This document shows, piece after piece, positions 52,843 through 63,382 of a DNA stretch of 64,000 bases. The notes below the pieces were generated by a model. It saw nothing but the letters and a program-made list of their open reading frames with translations, was not told where the DNA came from and searched no databases. Each line of letters starts with the position of its first letter. Position 1 is the stretch's first letter. The position numbers and the translations under genes are program-made. Source of the DNA: Catajapyx aquilonaris. Its lineage: Eukaryota. The stretch covers positions 1 to 64,000 of the forward strand of contig KZ538487.1 of the NCBI GenBank assembly GCA_000934665.2, given 5' to 3'.

Positions 52843-55642
52843 CTGCATATGACGGGGAGTGACCTTGACGTTTATCTGCGCAAGCTTACTAACATGGGGC
52901 CTTTTCTATTCACATGCAAGCGTAGAGCTATCAAGGGCATGATTACATCATTGGCCAAGATTGAAAGCACAATAACCCTGAAAGAGAAATCCCACTAGAC
53001 TGATGAAAATTAACGCGTCGCGAAATACTTGGTTAATATCTTCCGATATTATTAAAGTTCATAAGTGAAGAAGCCATGGCTTGAAATGTTTCATGACATC
53101 CAGCCATGATGTAACTCTTGTAACTCGTCACGTTTACATGCGAATTGCGGTTAAGTAATTTATTTAATCGTGTTAGGCATTAAAATAATGACTAGTTATT
53201 GCAAATTGGTCGTGAGATGATGCAGTTTACAGCCTTATAAGTTTCCATCATCTGACTATTCCATGGTTGTCACTTCTGTGAAGGCCTACGTGACAGTTCT
53301 TCTACACGTACTAACTTGTAATAGAGCACTGCACATTTTTTAAATCGAACTTTTTCAGCTCTCAATTTGGCTGCATAAGCGCAGTACAGCAATAACTTTT
53401 CTTCTTAATTTTACTTAATTTATCACTCAAATATTACAAATTCCTTACAAATGATTATAGAGAACCCTATCTGCGAATTTCCTCAAGGTAATCAAGTACT
53501 GGTGCCGATTCGGTTGCAGCGTCCTTCGCAAGCGGTCAACTGGATTAATGACCTTTGGTTTTTATATCACCGTTTATGCAACAGAGTACTGTGCCATGAC
53601 CGTGAAAAGAATGCTTTCTAAAAGCGATAAGCTGGATACAAACATGCACTCCTACTGACGACCAATAACATCACCTACCCCTGGCATAATGACTCTCTCC
53701 AAATCAGCCCAAACCCTTTCCCAGGGTTCTCCTTCTTCGGGGGCACTTGGGGGTACCAGTGTCCTCATGTACCCGGGTTGAACAGCAGGGAAGACCCGTC
53801 GGGATCGGATTCCCTGCAGATAGTCGGCTATGAAGTCCACTACATCTTTACCTGTAGAGTAACGAACGTGCAACATTATTATTGAAGCAACTGGTCGTTC
53901 ATGAATAAGGAGGGTATTGTTTGCTGCGAAGAGATGTGTTACAATTGCAAAGTGTCCCGACAGAACCGGTGAGAAATATCTATGCATTGAGGTTGCCCAA
54001 TGTTGCATCGCATGCTGATTGATACCATCAGTGAATAGCTTACTTTATGAAGAAATCGTTCCGGCAATAATAATATTACAAACATTACAAAATTATAAGT
54101 AGATAATCTGTTCTAAAAGACTTTTTGATATAATGTCAGGTTAAGTTGTTACCGTTACGAGGTATAGGAAGTAAGCCGCTTTCACATAAAATCAGCTAAT
54201 AAAGTTTTCAGGGCCAATAAAATGTTGGGAAAAAAACTCATCCGTTAAGAAGGTTCAACGCTACATCTTTCTGGGGACGATCCCTATAATAATAAAAACC
54301 TTCTTTGGCTTGTTATTTTGTTTGGAATCTGTTTTGGTTTACCCTCGAAAATTCGATCAGTAGCCTACGCCTACTAGAGTACTGAATCATAATTATGCAT
54401 TTGATAAAATGTGCCTGTTTTTTTCTGCGCCAGTTTTATCAGCAGCCCTTTGTAGCCGCACATTGGAGAAGTCCGTATAGTCCAACTTTACTTTCTACTA
54501 ATTTATTGTAGTGCCTTGTCGGGAGAGACAGGTAAACCCGCAAACTAGATCTGGCAGGTTTCAAATTTTCTTTTGATTCCCACTCAGTTTGACACCGGAA
54601 TATAATGAAAAACGTTGTCTCCCGTAACGTAGGCTGCGTTGCGTAATAACAGCCTGTCTTACAGCTTTGCATTTAAAAAATTGAGAAACGAGTTTTCGAC
54701 TTACACTCTTATTTTGCACTACAGCTAAAACATCTTATAACTATTAAGTGATTGATATATTTACTACAACAATGGGTTCAAAAGTCTCGTATCATACCCA
54801 TTTGTGCCTTTCCGTCGCATTCCGTCGTCTACTGATTGTCTTTCTGCTTAGAACATATAGTTTCAGAATACACTATTGAATACCTATTGGCATTAGGTAT
54901 TTGACCTTGACTGATGTCGGATCGGTACAGCATTCCTGTATGCAATCTTAAAAGAGACGGTGGAGATCCTTTGTGTAGATTGCTATGTTAATAGGACTAT
55001 GTACGGTAGCCTACAGTAGACGCACATGTGGTCAGCTTACGAAAGAGTGCAGATACCTCCATAGGTTCTGGCAACTTCCAAGATACATTCGTATTGTAAT
55101 AGGTTAGGAACATGCACATTTCTAGCAATCACTTGTTCAGCAGCCAATTAACCTGCCGATAAGAACTAGTCTTATCTATACTAAGGAACAGGATATGCGT
55201 AGAGGATATGCTAACGTACTAATGTTAGTATTTCAATGACAATACCTGGCGTAAGCATTATAGGTCTATTATTTATAGACATTTACAATACATAATTTAG
55301 AAGCCATTTCTCATTTTTCTTGTGGTGCTTATAAAGTTCTGACCTGGTGCTATGAGTATCTAACCAACATGTAGACTATAGGTCTAATAAAATTTAGATA
55401 CTTGTCTATATTTGCAAGAGGCTAAAATTTGAAACAAGGAATCAAACCTCCCTCATTACGCCGCAGTTTTCTAAGAATAAAACTGGTAAAGTAACGCGGA
55501 AATAATTAAATTAATTGAAAATCTACAAAATGTCCTTCAAAATTCTGCAAATTATACCTGGCAATTTTTATGAATTCCAAGTAATGAAACAACAATTCGT
55601 GCTTCGAATCTCACCTCTTCGGCGGTACTCTTCGGCGTCCAT
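25157..55642 (-). CDS. Hdc: Histidine decarboxylase (PLP-dependent group II decarboxylase), 16 coding exons, 1971 nt, 656 aa
   Basis: Exons join in frame through GT-AG introns: [21 protein letters not shown]...[26 protein letters not shown]...[14 protein letters not shown]...LHVDAAYAG...SLAFNPSKW (PLP lysine)...[34 protein letters not shown]...[25 protein letters not shown]...[21 protein letters not shown]. The last two blocks match my recollection of the arthropod Hdc C-terminal extension rather than Ddc or Tdc. Confidence 0.95.
25887..26053. mobile_element. 167-bp Tc1-like foldback MITE in Hdc intron 15
   Basis: TA|CA(T/G)TGTTGGACATAAATCGAGG...CCTCGATTTATGTCCAACACTG|TA; arms about 65 bp. 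Confidence 0.88.
27644..27826 (-). CDS. Hdc: Hdc exon 15 ([23 protein letters not shown]...AEA)
   Basis: Acceptor GTTTTAG, donor GTAAGT, 183 nt. Confidence 0.9.
27907..28077 (-). CDS. Hdc: Hdc exon 14 ([33 protein letters not shown]...DSP)
   Basis: Acceptor TTGCAG, donor GTAGAA, 171 nt. Confidence 0.92.
28321..28448 (-). CDS. Hdc: Hdc exon 13 ([17 protein letters not shown]...RVPLA)
   Basis: Acceptor CGTACAG, donor GTACTA, 128 nt. Confidence 0.92.
28542..28741 (-). CDS. Hdc: Hdc exon 12 ([12 protein letters not shown]...KGRYVIR)
   Basis: Acceptor ATATAG, donor GTATGT, 200 nt. Confidence 0.94.
28988..29549. mobile_element. 562-bp Tc1/mariner-type MITE with ~190-bp TIRs in Hdc intron 11
   Basis: TA|CAGGGTGTTTATTGTAACTCTGCAAAGAC...CAATAAACACCCTG|TA. 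Confidence 0.95.
29664..30072. mobile_element. MITE with GGGGTCGTCCATA termini (TA/TWA flanks; PIF/Harbinger-like)
   Basis: TTA|GGGGTCGTCCATAAACCACGTGACCG...CGGTCACGTGGTATATGGACGACCCC|TAA. Confidence 0.88.
30319..30680. mobile_element. Tandem dimer of a ~180-bp Harbinger-like MITE
   Basis: Units 30319-30499 and 30502-30680, each G(C/G)TGCGTTTACATGTGAGCGATTTGACGAG...ACATGTAAACGCACC. Confidence 0.85.
31328..31426 (-). CDS. Hdc: Hdc exon 11 ([33 protein letters not shown])
   Basis: Acceptor TTCTTCAG, donor GTAAGT, 99 nt. Confidence 0.95.
32447..32466 (-). CDS. Hdc: Hdc exon 10, 20-nt microexon (GLAIDYM)
   Basis: Acceptor CTGCTAG, donor GTAAGG; needed to restore both frame and family motif. 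Confidence 0.92.
32588..32658 (-). CDS. Hdc: Hdc exon 9 ([23 protein letters not shown])
   Basis: Acceptor CCGGCAG, donor GTGGGA, 71 nt; carries the catalytic-loop Tyr. Confidence 0.94.
34947..35109 (-). CDS. Hdc: Hdc exon 8 ([16 protein letters not shown]...[20 protein letters not shown]), contains the PLP-binding Lys
   Basis: Acceptor GGAAAG, donor GTGGGT, 163 nt. Confidence 0.93.
35788..35854 (-). CDS. Hdc: Hdc exon 7 ([22 protein letters not shown])
   Basis: Acceptor TTGACAG, donor GTAAGT, 67 nt. Confidence 0.95.
37811..37937. mobile_element. 127-bp PIF/Harbinger-type MITE, family B copy 1
   Basis: TGCYCGATTGCACCAAC...GTTGGTGCAATCGGGCA; second copy at 58960-59086. Confidence 0.9.
38462..38605 (-). 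CDS. Hdc: Hdc exon 6 ([14 protein letters not shown]...LEPFF)
   Basis: Acceptor TTCTCCAG, donor GTAAGT, 144 nt. Confidence 0.95.
39377..39450 (-). ncRNA. tRNA-like cloverleaf with aberrant anticodon arm (SINE head or Pol III ncRNA; not a canonical tRNA)
   Basis: Acceptor GCCTCTG/CAGAGGT, D arm GTTC/GAAC, T arm CTGGG-TTCAATT-CCCAG; anticodon arm CGCACTCC-ACATA-GGGGTGTG. Confidence 0.6.
40167..40301 (-). CDS. Hdc: Hdc exon 5 ([16 protein letters not shown]...LVAYCSDQ)
   Basis: Acceptor TTTTTATAG, donor GTAGGA, 135 nt. Confidence 0.95.
40739..41132. mobile_element. 394-bp Tc1/mariner-type MITE with ~117-bp TIRs in Hdc intron 4
   Basis: TA|CAGGGTGGACCAACTTCAAGTGTCG...CACTTGAAGTTGGTCCACCCTG|TA. 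Confidence 0.95.
41626..41748 (-). CDS. Hdc: Hdc exon 4 ([24 protein letters not shown]...GGGVIQ)
   Basis: Acceptor ATGAAG (weak), donor GTCAGA, 123 nt; the frame is fixed by family motifs. Confidence 0.92.
42913..43491. mobile_element. pogo/Tigger-type MITE
   Basis: TA|CAGTTGAATCT...AGATTCAACTG|TA with repeated GTCTGTTATAACC subterminal motifs. Confidence 0.85.
45409..46182. mobile_element. Palindromic mariner derivative built from two inverted 3' ends of a transposase gene
   Basis: TA|CGAGGGAGAATCAAAAAGTAATT termini; arms about 340 bp; right arm encodes [60 protein letters not shown], which resembles a mariner transposase C-terminus. Confidence 0.9.
46354..46467 (-). CDS. Hdc: Hdc exon 3 ([18 protein letters not shown]...GFTW)
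   Basis: Acceptor TATAG, donor GTAAGT, 114 nt. Confidence 0.95.
48393..48474. repeat. (TAA)n microsatellite
   Basis: Perfect trinucleotide run. Confidence 0.97.
50006..50098. other. Assembly gap (N run) between poly-G and poly-C
   Basis: Run of n. Confidence 0.99.
50686..51110. mobile_element. 425-bp Tc1/mariner-type MITE, family A copy 2 (inverted relative to 9776-10200)
   Basis: Same termini and TA flanks; the interior is the near-identical reverse complement of copy 1. A solo mariner-like end TACGAGGGCAAGTCAAAAAGTAA follows immediately. Confidence 0.95.
51539..51900. mobile_element. pogo/Tigger-type MITE
   Basis: TA|CAGTGGAGCATCGATTATCCGAAC...GTTCGGATAATCGATGCTCCACTG|TA, perfect 24-bp TIR. 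Confidence 0.93.
53679..53851 (-). CDS. Hdc: Hdc exon 2 ([27 protein letters not shown]...IMPG)
   Basis: Acceptor CTACAG, donor GTAGGT, 173 nt. Confidence 0.95.
55615..55642 (-). CDS. Hdc: Hdc coding exon 1 ([10 protein letters not shown])
   Basis: ATG in GCCATGG context, 28 nt, donor GTGAGA, phase 1. Confidence 0.93.
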
Positions 55643-55664
55643 GGCTCTAAAGATGCTGTTCTCG

Positions 55665-55716
55665 AGGAAGAAGGAAGGAAGGAAGGAAGGAAGGAAGGAA
55701 AAGAGAAAGGAAGGAA
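55665..55716. repeat. (GGAA)n / (TTCC)n repeat in the inferred Hdc 5' UTR
   Basis: Purine-only tract on + between the TATA box and the ATG. Confidence 0.85.
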
Positions 55717-55754
55717 TCCGGGCACCAGGGCTTGTTCGGGGCCTCCCTCGCGCC

Positions 55755-55801
55755 CTTTTTATACGGGCTCCAATGCAAGTCTCCTATTGGTGGTGACGTC
55801 A
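55755..55801 (-). promoter_or_regulatory. Hdc proximal promoter: TATAAAAAG (55763-55755), CCAAT boxes (55770-55774, 55790-55786), perfect CRE TGACGTCA (55794-55801)
   Basis: Motifs read directly; they lie about 115-160 nt upstream of the ATG with conventional spacing. Confidence 0.7.
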
Positions 55802-58719
55802 TGTTGGACGACGATGTCTCAAGTTGTTCCACATCTGCGCCCGGAACCCATCTACTTATTTTATTGCACGCAGTTTCAATTCCGATGCAGAAACCTTCTA
55901 GTCTCCGCAATTATGCAGCTTTGGGGTGGACTTGGCTTCATACACGAGCTTCCTGCCCCAAGATAAGCCATATTTTGAACCCTTTTCCCATGATGTGGGG
56001 TCAAAATTAATGTGTGATCAATCCAGTCAGATTGACCTCTTTAATGCAAGGGACTAGCCAAGCACCATGCATATTGTGTTCTGTGTAGCCGGCAAACAGT
56101 ACATACATGATTTGTTTTTTTATCGCTTCATCTATTAATTTCCATATTGAATAACACACATCAGTCATTTGGGTCGTACCGCGCCTCCTTTGATCATTTA
56201 GGTTGTAGGTGGAATATTGCAGTTTATTTGCATGATGACTGCGTATGATCAAATGAATAAATGATTCGAAAATATATGCAATGCTTTACACGAGATTTGT
56301 TCTAGTTTTTTGAGGGTGTCACCAATGACTAATATCAAAAGTTAGACTCAACACATTGTCTTGGCAAATGACAAAAGAAGAGGCTTTACCGTTAGACTAC
56401 TTTGGATTTAATTTTTTGTAATTTGAAAAACCATGTGCATATAGCTATCATTATCAGAAACAGGCGCGTTATTGTATATAAAATGGTCGCTCTTCCTCTT
56501 GCTCGATCATCGCGGCAAAGAGGGTCCTCAAAGTACTGTAATAAAATTCTCGCAGGCCTATTTTCACAACCCCGCCCCAGATGATAGTCTACAACTTTCA
56601 GACTTTGTGCCGGATTTATTACTATACGATTTATACCGTTACTCTTCGTGATCATTTCAGTATTCGGTTGTAAGTGCTCAATTCTACATACATTATTCTC
56701 ATCATGTGTTCAGTGACCTATAAAATCTCATGATATAACTTACAGGCTGTATACCGGATGGAAACCTGCCAGTCTCCCGGTTCAAAAGGATGTGTGAAGG
56801 AAAAGTTGCGGATTGTTTACCCCAGCAACTATTTTGAAGGAGATCAAAATTGTAACATGTGAATGTGACCCTGATGATTGTTGCTCCCAACAAGTTCCTT
56901 CTTTTTATACTGGTTGATGGACTAAACAAGCCCTGAACTAGGGGCTTGGACAGTGCACAACATGGTATACATTGACGCTCCACAATTACAGTGTACTTGC
57001 AGAAACATGTAACGGAAAATTCCCCAATTATTATTTCTTCATTTTTCTTTAAGTACCACGAGTATACTGTACAGTACCGTTTTCAACGTACAGGTCGACG
57101 AAAGGGAATAATGGACATCCTGGCGTAAGGTCAAGGAAGAAGGCGACGCGACGTGACGGTACAAGACTGATGTGTCAGTAAGCTATAAAGACGGCCGCCA
57201 ACTGAGGTCAGAATAATAAAATTTTGTACAGCTACACTGTAATCGACATATCCGTGTGACTTCAACACTATATTAAGTTAGGTAACATTGCTGCAGAATA
57301 TGCCAAGCACTTGGATGAATGATTACGCACAAGCAGTCTGATGATTACAAAAACAATGACAATAGACCTACTAGCCCAAATTTGTCATCATGGTAAATAC
57401 AAGCAGAATTTAGTACAAGAGTAAAGGATACAGCCATCAAAATAGACTTCTGTCAGCAAAACGTTTAAGCTATCCTCATACATGCATTAAAACTTTTAGG
57501 AGGCATGAAATAACTAAATAAAATTTCTAAGAGCAAATTAGGAAAGGTCAATGTAAATGCACCATAATCGTATGAGCAATTTTAAAAAGTATTTGCAAAA
57601 AGCGACAATTTTATACCACCTCAAAATAATACACAACAAAGTTCAACTAGCAAAAAATGCCAAATATGTCATCCCATTATGCACGATGTCTGGAGATGCA
57701 TGAATTGGCACTAGGTAGTGTGGTAGGCCCTTTCATAGTGCAGCTGATTTCTCCATTTTTGCTTAGCAATGTTCGTTTCTCTTTGTCGATTAAGTATTAT
57801 GAACCAACCAAGTTTATACGTGCAACTCTAAACCCTCATATACTATACGAGAAAAATATTATTACCAGAATAATTATTCATATTCAGTCAGTGTCATAAC
57901 GTCACTAGAATTGTACACAATAATGTGACATCATTTTCATGGCCTAGATTATTGAGTTACACATATTCGTTGATTAAGCCACACTAATATGAGATTGAAT
58001 TAAGCGTGAAGATGCTCATGATTATTAGGTTAGTCGTTAGTGCAAAATAGGCAAGTGACGAGCATAGTAAAAGACAGTAAGAGGCCTACAAATATGCGGT
58101 AGTGCTGATTTTATGCTACTCGCAGAGTGATTAAAATTTTTAGTGTGGCCATCAGACTAAAAATAAAGTCTCCACATAGCAGAGCTTTAGGGCTTCTCAG
58201 TTGGACATATTGAATTCCTGAGTTCCGGAAGCTGCATGGTCATGCTGGAAGTCATTAACTCAGAACAGCGATTTTCCGCAGGGTGTGCTTGCACCCCCCG
58301 GAGGTATGTCAGGGGTTGTGTACTGTACTTGGCCAGAGAATAAGGGCAAGAACGGCTGCAGCCAGACATCAGTCGATGAAGCAACGAAATTAAAATATGC
58401 ATACGAGCATGTACAGTAATTTCATATTTTGTGTGCACTTTTCTCGCGATGATTTTGGATTTACTTATATAGGATACTGGGTTCAAAATATTGATTCTGG
58501 CATGAATTTAGTCCAAATTTTTTAACACGAGACCCAACGTATGACTACTTGGTACATATAGGCCTAATATCGCAAGATCACCCTGTCCCACCCCATGCCA
58601 CCCCTCGGAAAGAATTTCGAGAGGTGTACTCTCCGCAGTCGCGTGGGTTTACTTGGGATTCTTCCGTTTCCTACCACTGTCCAAAAACATTTATTGCTCT
58701 TCTACGGTGTCTTATGCCC

Positions 58720-58950
58720 AACCGAAGCAGGTTGGCATAGTGGATAAGGCGTCCGACTGCTAATCGGGAGGTCCTGGGTTCGAATCCCGGGGCCGGCAAC
58801 CCTGACCGTGGTTTTCTGTGGTTTTCCACGGTCTTTCTGGGATAATTCCGGGGTCGCTTCCGTATAATAGGCCACAGCCGCTTCCTTCCTTCCCTATCCT
58901 TGGAGGTTGAAAGGCAATGCTGAGCCAACCTCCCTAATATCAATGATAAA
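58720..58950 (+). mobile_element. tRNA-derived SINE (Ser-GCT-like anticodon arm) with 14-bp TSD
   Basis: A box TGGCATAGTGG, CCGA-CTGCTAA-TCGG arm, B box GGTTCGAATCC, body GGTTTTCTGTGGTTTTCC...TAGGCCACAGCCGCTTCCTTCC; GGTGTCTTATGCCC at 58706-58719 and 58951-58964. Confidence 0.9.
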
Positions 58951-58959
58951 GGTGTCTTA

Positions 58960-59086
58960 TGCCCGATTGCACCAACGAAAATACCGATTCGATAGCTCCT
59001 AACAGATCGTTAGCACATGCTAAAAGGGTTCCTAACGATCCATAAGGAGCTATCGGATCGGTATTTTCGGTTGGTGCAATCGGACA
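58960..59086. mobile_element. 127-bp PIF/Harbinger-type MITE, family B copy 2, TTA TSD
   Basis: TTA|TGCCCGATTGCACCAAC...GTTGGTGCAATCGGACA|TTA. Confidence 0.92.
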
Positions 59087-59578
59087 TTAGAATAATATGT
59101 TAATTTCTTGTCCTGATTCCGCGCTTCTTGGTCATGATTGCTATGGTGCGGGAGCGATAAAGGACATTTTGGGCAGGAAAGCCTAACTCCAACGAACCAT
59201 CATCAACAACACATGCCACCCCTATTCCTCAATGCAGGTATCATGCACGAAAATGCCTATAATTACGTACGCGGCGTGCAGTGAAGGCGTGTATGATATA
59301 CTGTTTTGTACAACCCTGAGAGTTATATGTACTTTGAGACGATTTGTTGAAGTACTAATGCATTTTGTATTCGAGATTATTTTGGTGGATCCCGACACAA
59401 ACAGCTACATAGTTCATATATTGAAAGTTGTAGCATTAAGGAAATTATATGGACCTCCGTCCGATATACACGACATTCACAAAGTGTGGTGATTGGATTT
59501 AATGTACTTTTAATTAATCAAATTTGGGAAGCTCTGTATACCGTAATAAGTAAGTGCCACTCTGAAAAGTGTATAGGC

Positions 59579-59651
<73 letters not shown>
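59579..59651. repeat. (TAA)n microsatellite
   Basis: Perfect trinucleotide run. Confidence 0.97.
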
Positions 59652-59653
<2 letters not shown>

Positions 59654-62199
59654 AGGCTCTATTGAGTTTGGAGGGATACATTGAACCTGTTCAGAGAAAC
59701 GAAGACTTCCAGCCTCTCTCATTATATACCTACCGACAAACGACAGGAAACGACTTTTGGCTAGTACAAGGCCTAAGTATCTAAGCTATAGAAGTGAAAC
59801 TGTGAGTGTTTATGGCCACATTACCGCTCAAAACGAGCCTGTGAATAATGCGCCTAGCTATCATAATGCCTCCGTTATGTTACAGAACTGCATTATTTTA
59901 CAAACATTCTTAACCTACACCTCTCCATCTTTCTACAGTATATTATAATACAGTGTGGTACACTGCCCACGTTGACACCTCCAACAATGGCTCGCACTCT
60001 CGCGTACACATCAGGATCTACCACCGCCTCATTGTTGGCAGTGCATCACCTTATAGAATCTCCTTTCTTTTTTTAAATCCCATTTGTATACCGTAAGCAA
60101 ATGATGCCATGTGACGTATGTTATTGACACGCAGGTGGTGCTCGTGATTTTGCAAACTACTGTAAGGTCACTTGGTCCCGCCTCCAACTGGATGTAACTT
60201 GCAAATGAGTGTAAGTCCGACTGACTTTGTGTCCCATAGCTGCAGTGCAGCGGAGATTGTTTGCGCCTGAATATACTTTGTATATGAAGCCCCAGCACCT
60301 TCTTTCCTGGTGCGCCGTTGCCGCTTCCCTCAGACATCGTTTAATCAATGAACTATATGGTATGTAAACAATGCTACGGATGCTATATAAGACAGAGAGT
60401 AAATCTACGTGTGATAAGGTATCACTCTTCAGAGTGCGATAAACTTCAATTTCTCGAACCGATGTTGTGCCGACGATTCTGAATAACTTACGGACATTTT
60501 TCTCACGGGTTCGGATTCTCGTGCGTTTGCGCCGTTCACGTTGGGCCCATACGTATGTATACACGAACTTTACGGGTTTTCAACAGCCTTTAGCATAACC
60601 TCTGTCGTACAAACACCCGGTATGCCGGTTAATTAGTATTTAAGTTTGCAACTGTAGTTTCATCAATAAGTATGTAGTATAGTGTATCTCTGATATGCTA
60701 TAATGTAGATACCCTGTTCGAGTCATATTGCATGAGATTACATTAAACGTCACTTATCTATTTAGCAACCCTTTCGTAATTGGGGTTCACATATTGTGCT
60801 TTGACATGTACAGTTTAAGCAAAACTAATAATATAAACCGGGAAGAAAATGTGGACGTGTATTTCGTGCGTATATATCTCACTTAAATCGAGTTTCCTGT
60901 TTCGTGCATCATGTCAGCTGACTAACCGAACAGCAATTCTTGTTGGTGGAAATTCCAGTAGTTGTATCAGCCGTTTGCAACATGTTGGGCTGAAAAATAA
61001 AACCGCAAAGTAGGTCATAACCTACGGTAGGTCAGCGAAACGGAAGTGTGCACGTATGTTGAGTTCCGTCTAAAGAATAAATTATACCCCACGCTCTTTG
61101 GGGGGAGTTCAGGAGGTTTTTAATTATCGTATTCCGTTCCCTGCATTTACCTGATTTGATCATATTCGCATTTACAATACGGAAGAACTTTTCAGCTCAA
61201 TGTAGCTAAATACAGTAGAGAAAAGATGCACTTAAAAACGCGAGTAAATATGAACCTGCATTGCACCCTGCTGGTTGTTTACAATGCACAGGCCCGGTTT
61301 TATTGGAATGTTAGGTACCTATTGATTAGTGCCACTCTCTTACGTTCCTACAGTGCATTATACTGTATAGTAGAGTAGCCCTGTGCAGTCAATTGTAGCA
61401 GTACTGAAGCTACAAAACTCCTTATGCACATTGAAAATATTTTGTTGTCAGTTACGAGGAACAGTAGTACGGTATATCAACATAAATTGCAACTTCCTTT
61501 CTGCTAATTACGCGAATGGTAAGGATTAGAAGCAAGAGTTTAAGTTTGTTACTAATTAGCTTATTGCTACAAATTGCATTATATGCCAGACGGCAATGCT
61601 ACAACAAGCCGGGGAAAAGATCATTTATTTCGGGACACCGCTGCATAAAATTATCGATTTATTGACTCGGTTTTATACTTCGGTATTTGAAATAATCGTA
61701 CCGATTGCATTCTTTTAAATAATACAGAGCAGCTGATCTACCTGTATAATATTATAATACGGATTAACTAAGAAAAATGTTTATAAAACACGCAATACGA
61801 CGGTACTTGCTGAACTGGGCTTTACACACTTCCTGCCTTATCCATACCTTTTTTTCACATTTTGTTGTACAATGGCCTCCTGATTCTATTGTGGTCTTCC
61901 ACTAGCTTTGTTCCGCGTTTTTTTGTCTCTCACTCTTGTTCCTCCCAATTATTTTAAATCCGCCAGTTGTTGCATCTCATCCTTTCTAACCCCAACCAAT
62001 CGACTTTGCAAAACAGGATTATCCATCCCCCATATTCGAGACCACCCTGCACCAGCTGGACACCAAATAGCACCCAGAAAACCAAAACGGTACCAAATTA
62101 GCCCACCTATAAATAGTCTCCACATATTTATCCGGGCCCCCCCTAATTGTTGCCACCTCCCCAAAAAAAGGAGACAATACACTACAACCCCCCCCCCCC

Positions 62200-63382
62200 C
62201 CCGGGTGTCTTACTACNACTACCCACCCACCAATTCCGGAGTCTGTCTCCCGGTCGCCCACAGATGGCGTTGTTATCGACGAACGGGGCTTCGGTCAACA
62301 CGCTCGATCCGGGGCTGAGTGGGAAAAGGGGGAAGGGGGGAGTGGTAGGTCCAAAGGGGGTGTGGTGGTGGCCCCGGGGGGTGGCAGAAGAGGTGGTGGT
62401 GGAGGAGGTTTGTGGTGGTTTAGGTGCTGTTGGTGAAGGAGCAACTACTCGTTGGTTCGGGTGCCCGCTGGTTCGTGGACAATACACACACCAGACACAC
62501 ACACGCCGTACACACCCCCCCAATACCGGGGGATCAATTTCCCCCCGGTCAATTGTTAATTTTTTTTTCGTTCAAGTGTTGTGTGCGGTGCCGTGTGACA
62601 TTTTTGGGTGACTCGTTTGGTCCGCCCCCATTGTTGGGGCGAGGACGACCTCTTTGGAATTTTGGTGCATCTTCGTGGGGAAGAGTGTTAGCGGAGGAGG
62701 AGGGGAAGGATGGTACGATGCCCAGCACCATCCGAGGTATGTCATATAATTTAATTTTGGAAGGGTACAATTTGGTCATCATCATCATACCGTCTGCGTA
62801 TATACCAAAAACGTCATATTTCGTTCTATAGTACGGCCAAACTCGAGGCCTCCCAACCCGAATTCCTGCCTCATCTTCACCCCCACCCCCACCGTTCCAT
62901 AACGGGACCTCAACATAACGGGTTAACCCCATGGCTCCAGGGGATACCAGAGTTCAAACCCAACCAAACCCTGTAAATACGCTGAAAATGTCTGAAAACG
63001 ATATAAAACCACATTATAAATGACAGATAAATATTACGCATGTTGATGTCCGGAATGGCAGGAAGGGATGGAAGGGGTAGGGGGGGGGGGGGGGGGNAAC
63101 TTAAGAGGGCCGCCAAAATGGATGTTGTGGTGGTTGGTGCGGGGTGAATGGCCGGCCCGGTCCCGTTAAGCGCACCGCTACGCGGAAACAAGCACGGGGG
63201 CACGGGGGTGCCATCGTGCGGACAACGGCGCAAGCATAGAGGTTTTTGGAAGCGCGGAGTAGGTGGGTGGGTGGGAGGGGGGAACGCAATCGCGTCGGGG
63301 TCAATGGCCGACCGCGCCGCAAGGACGCTGACGTCACACTAGTCAGGAGGAGCAATGCACGTGCGCCTGTGGATCCATCCAT
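62200..63382 (-). pseudogene. Corrupted candidate gene for a secreted protein with S/T/P-rich linker, possibly a clip-domain serine protease N-terminal region
   Basis: Signal-like MDGSTGARALLLLTSVTSA, Cys-containing patches, PTAPKPPQTSSTTTSSATP linker, and DNNAICGRP followed by CGGAATTGGTGGGTGGG (close to RIVGG codons). Many frameshifts and homopolymer runs; no catalytic-triad motifs found. Confidence 0.3.

Noticed and set aside
58725..58800. Possible tRNA-Ser(GCT) gene
   Set aside because: No paired acceptor stem or long variable arm; it continues into a SINE body bounded by a TSD.
60029..60564. ORFs MSEGSGNGAPGKK... and ...QRERRKRTRIRTREK...
   Set aside because: No consistent exon chain or family motif; cannot be supported.
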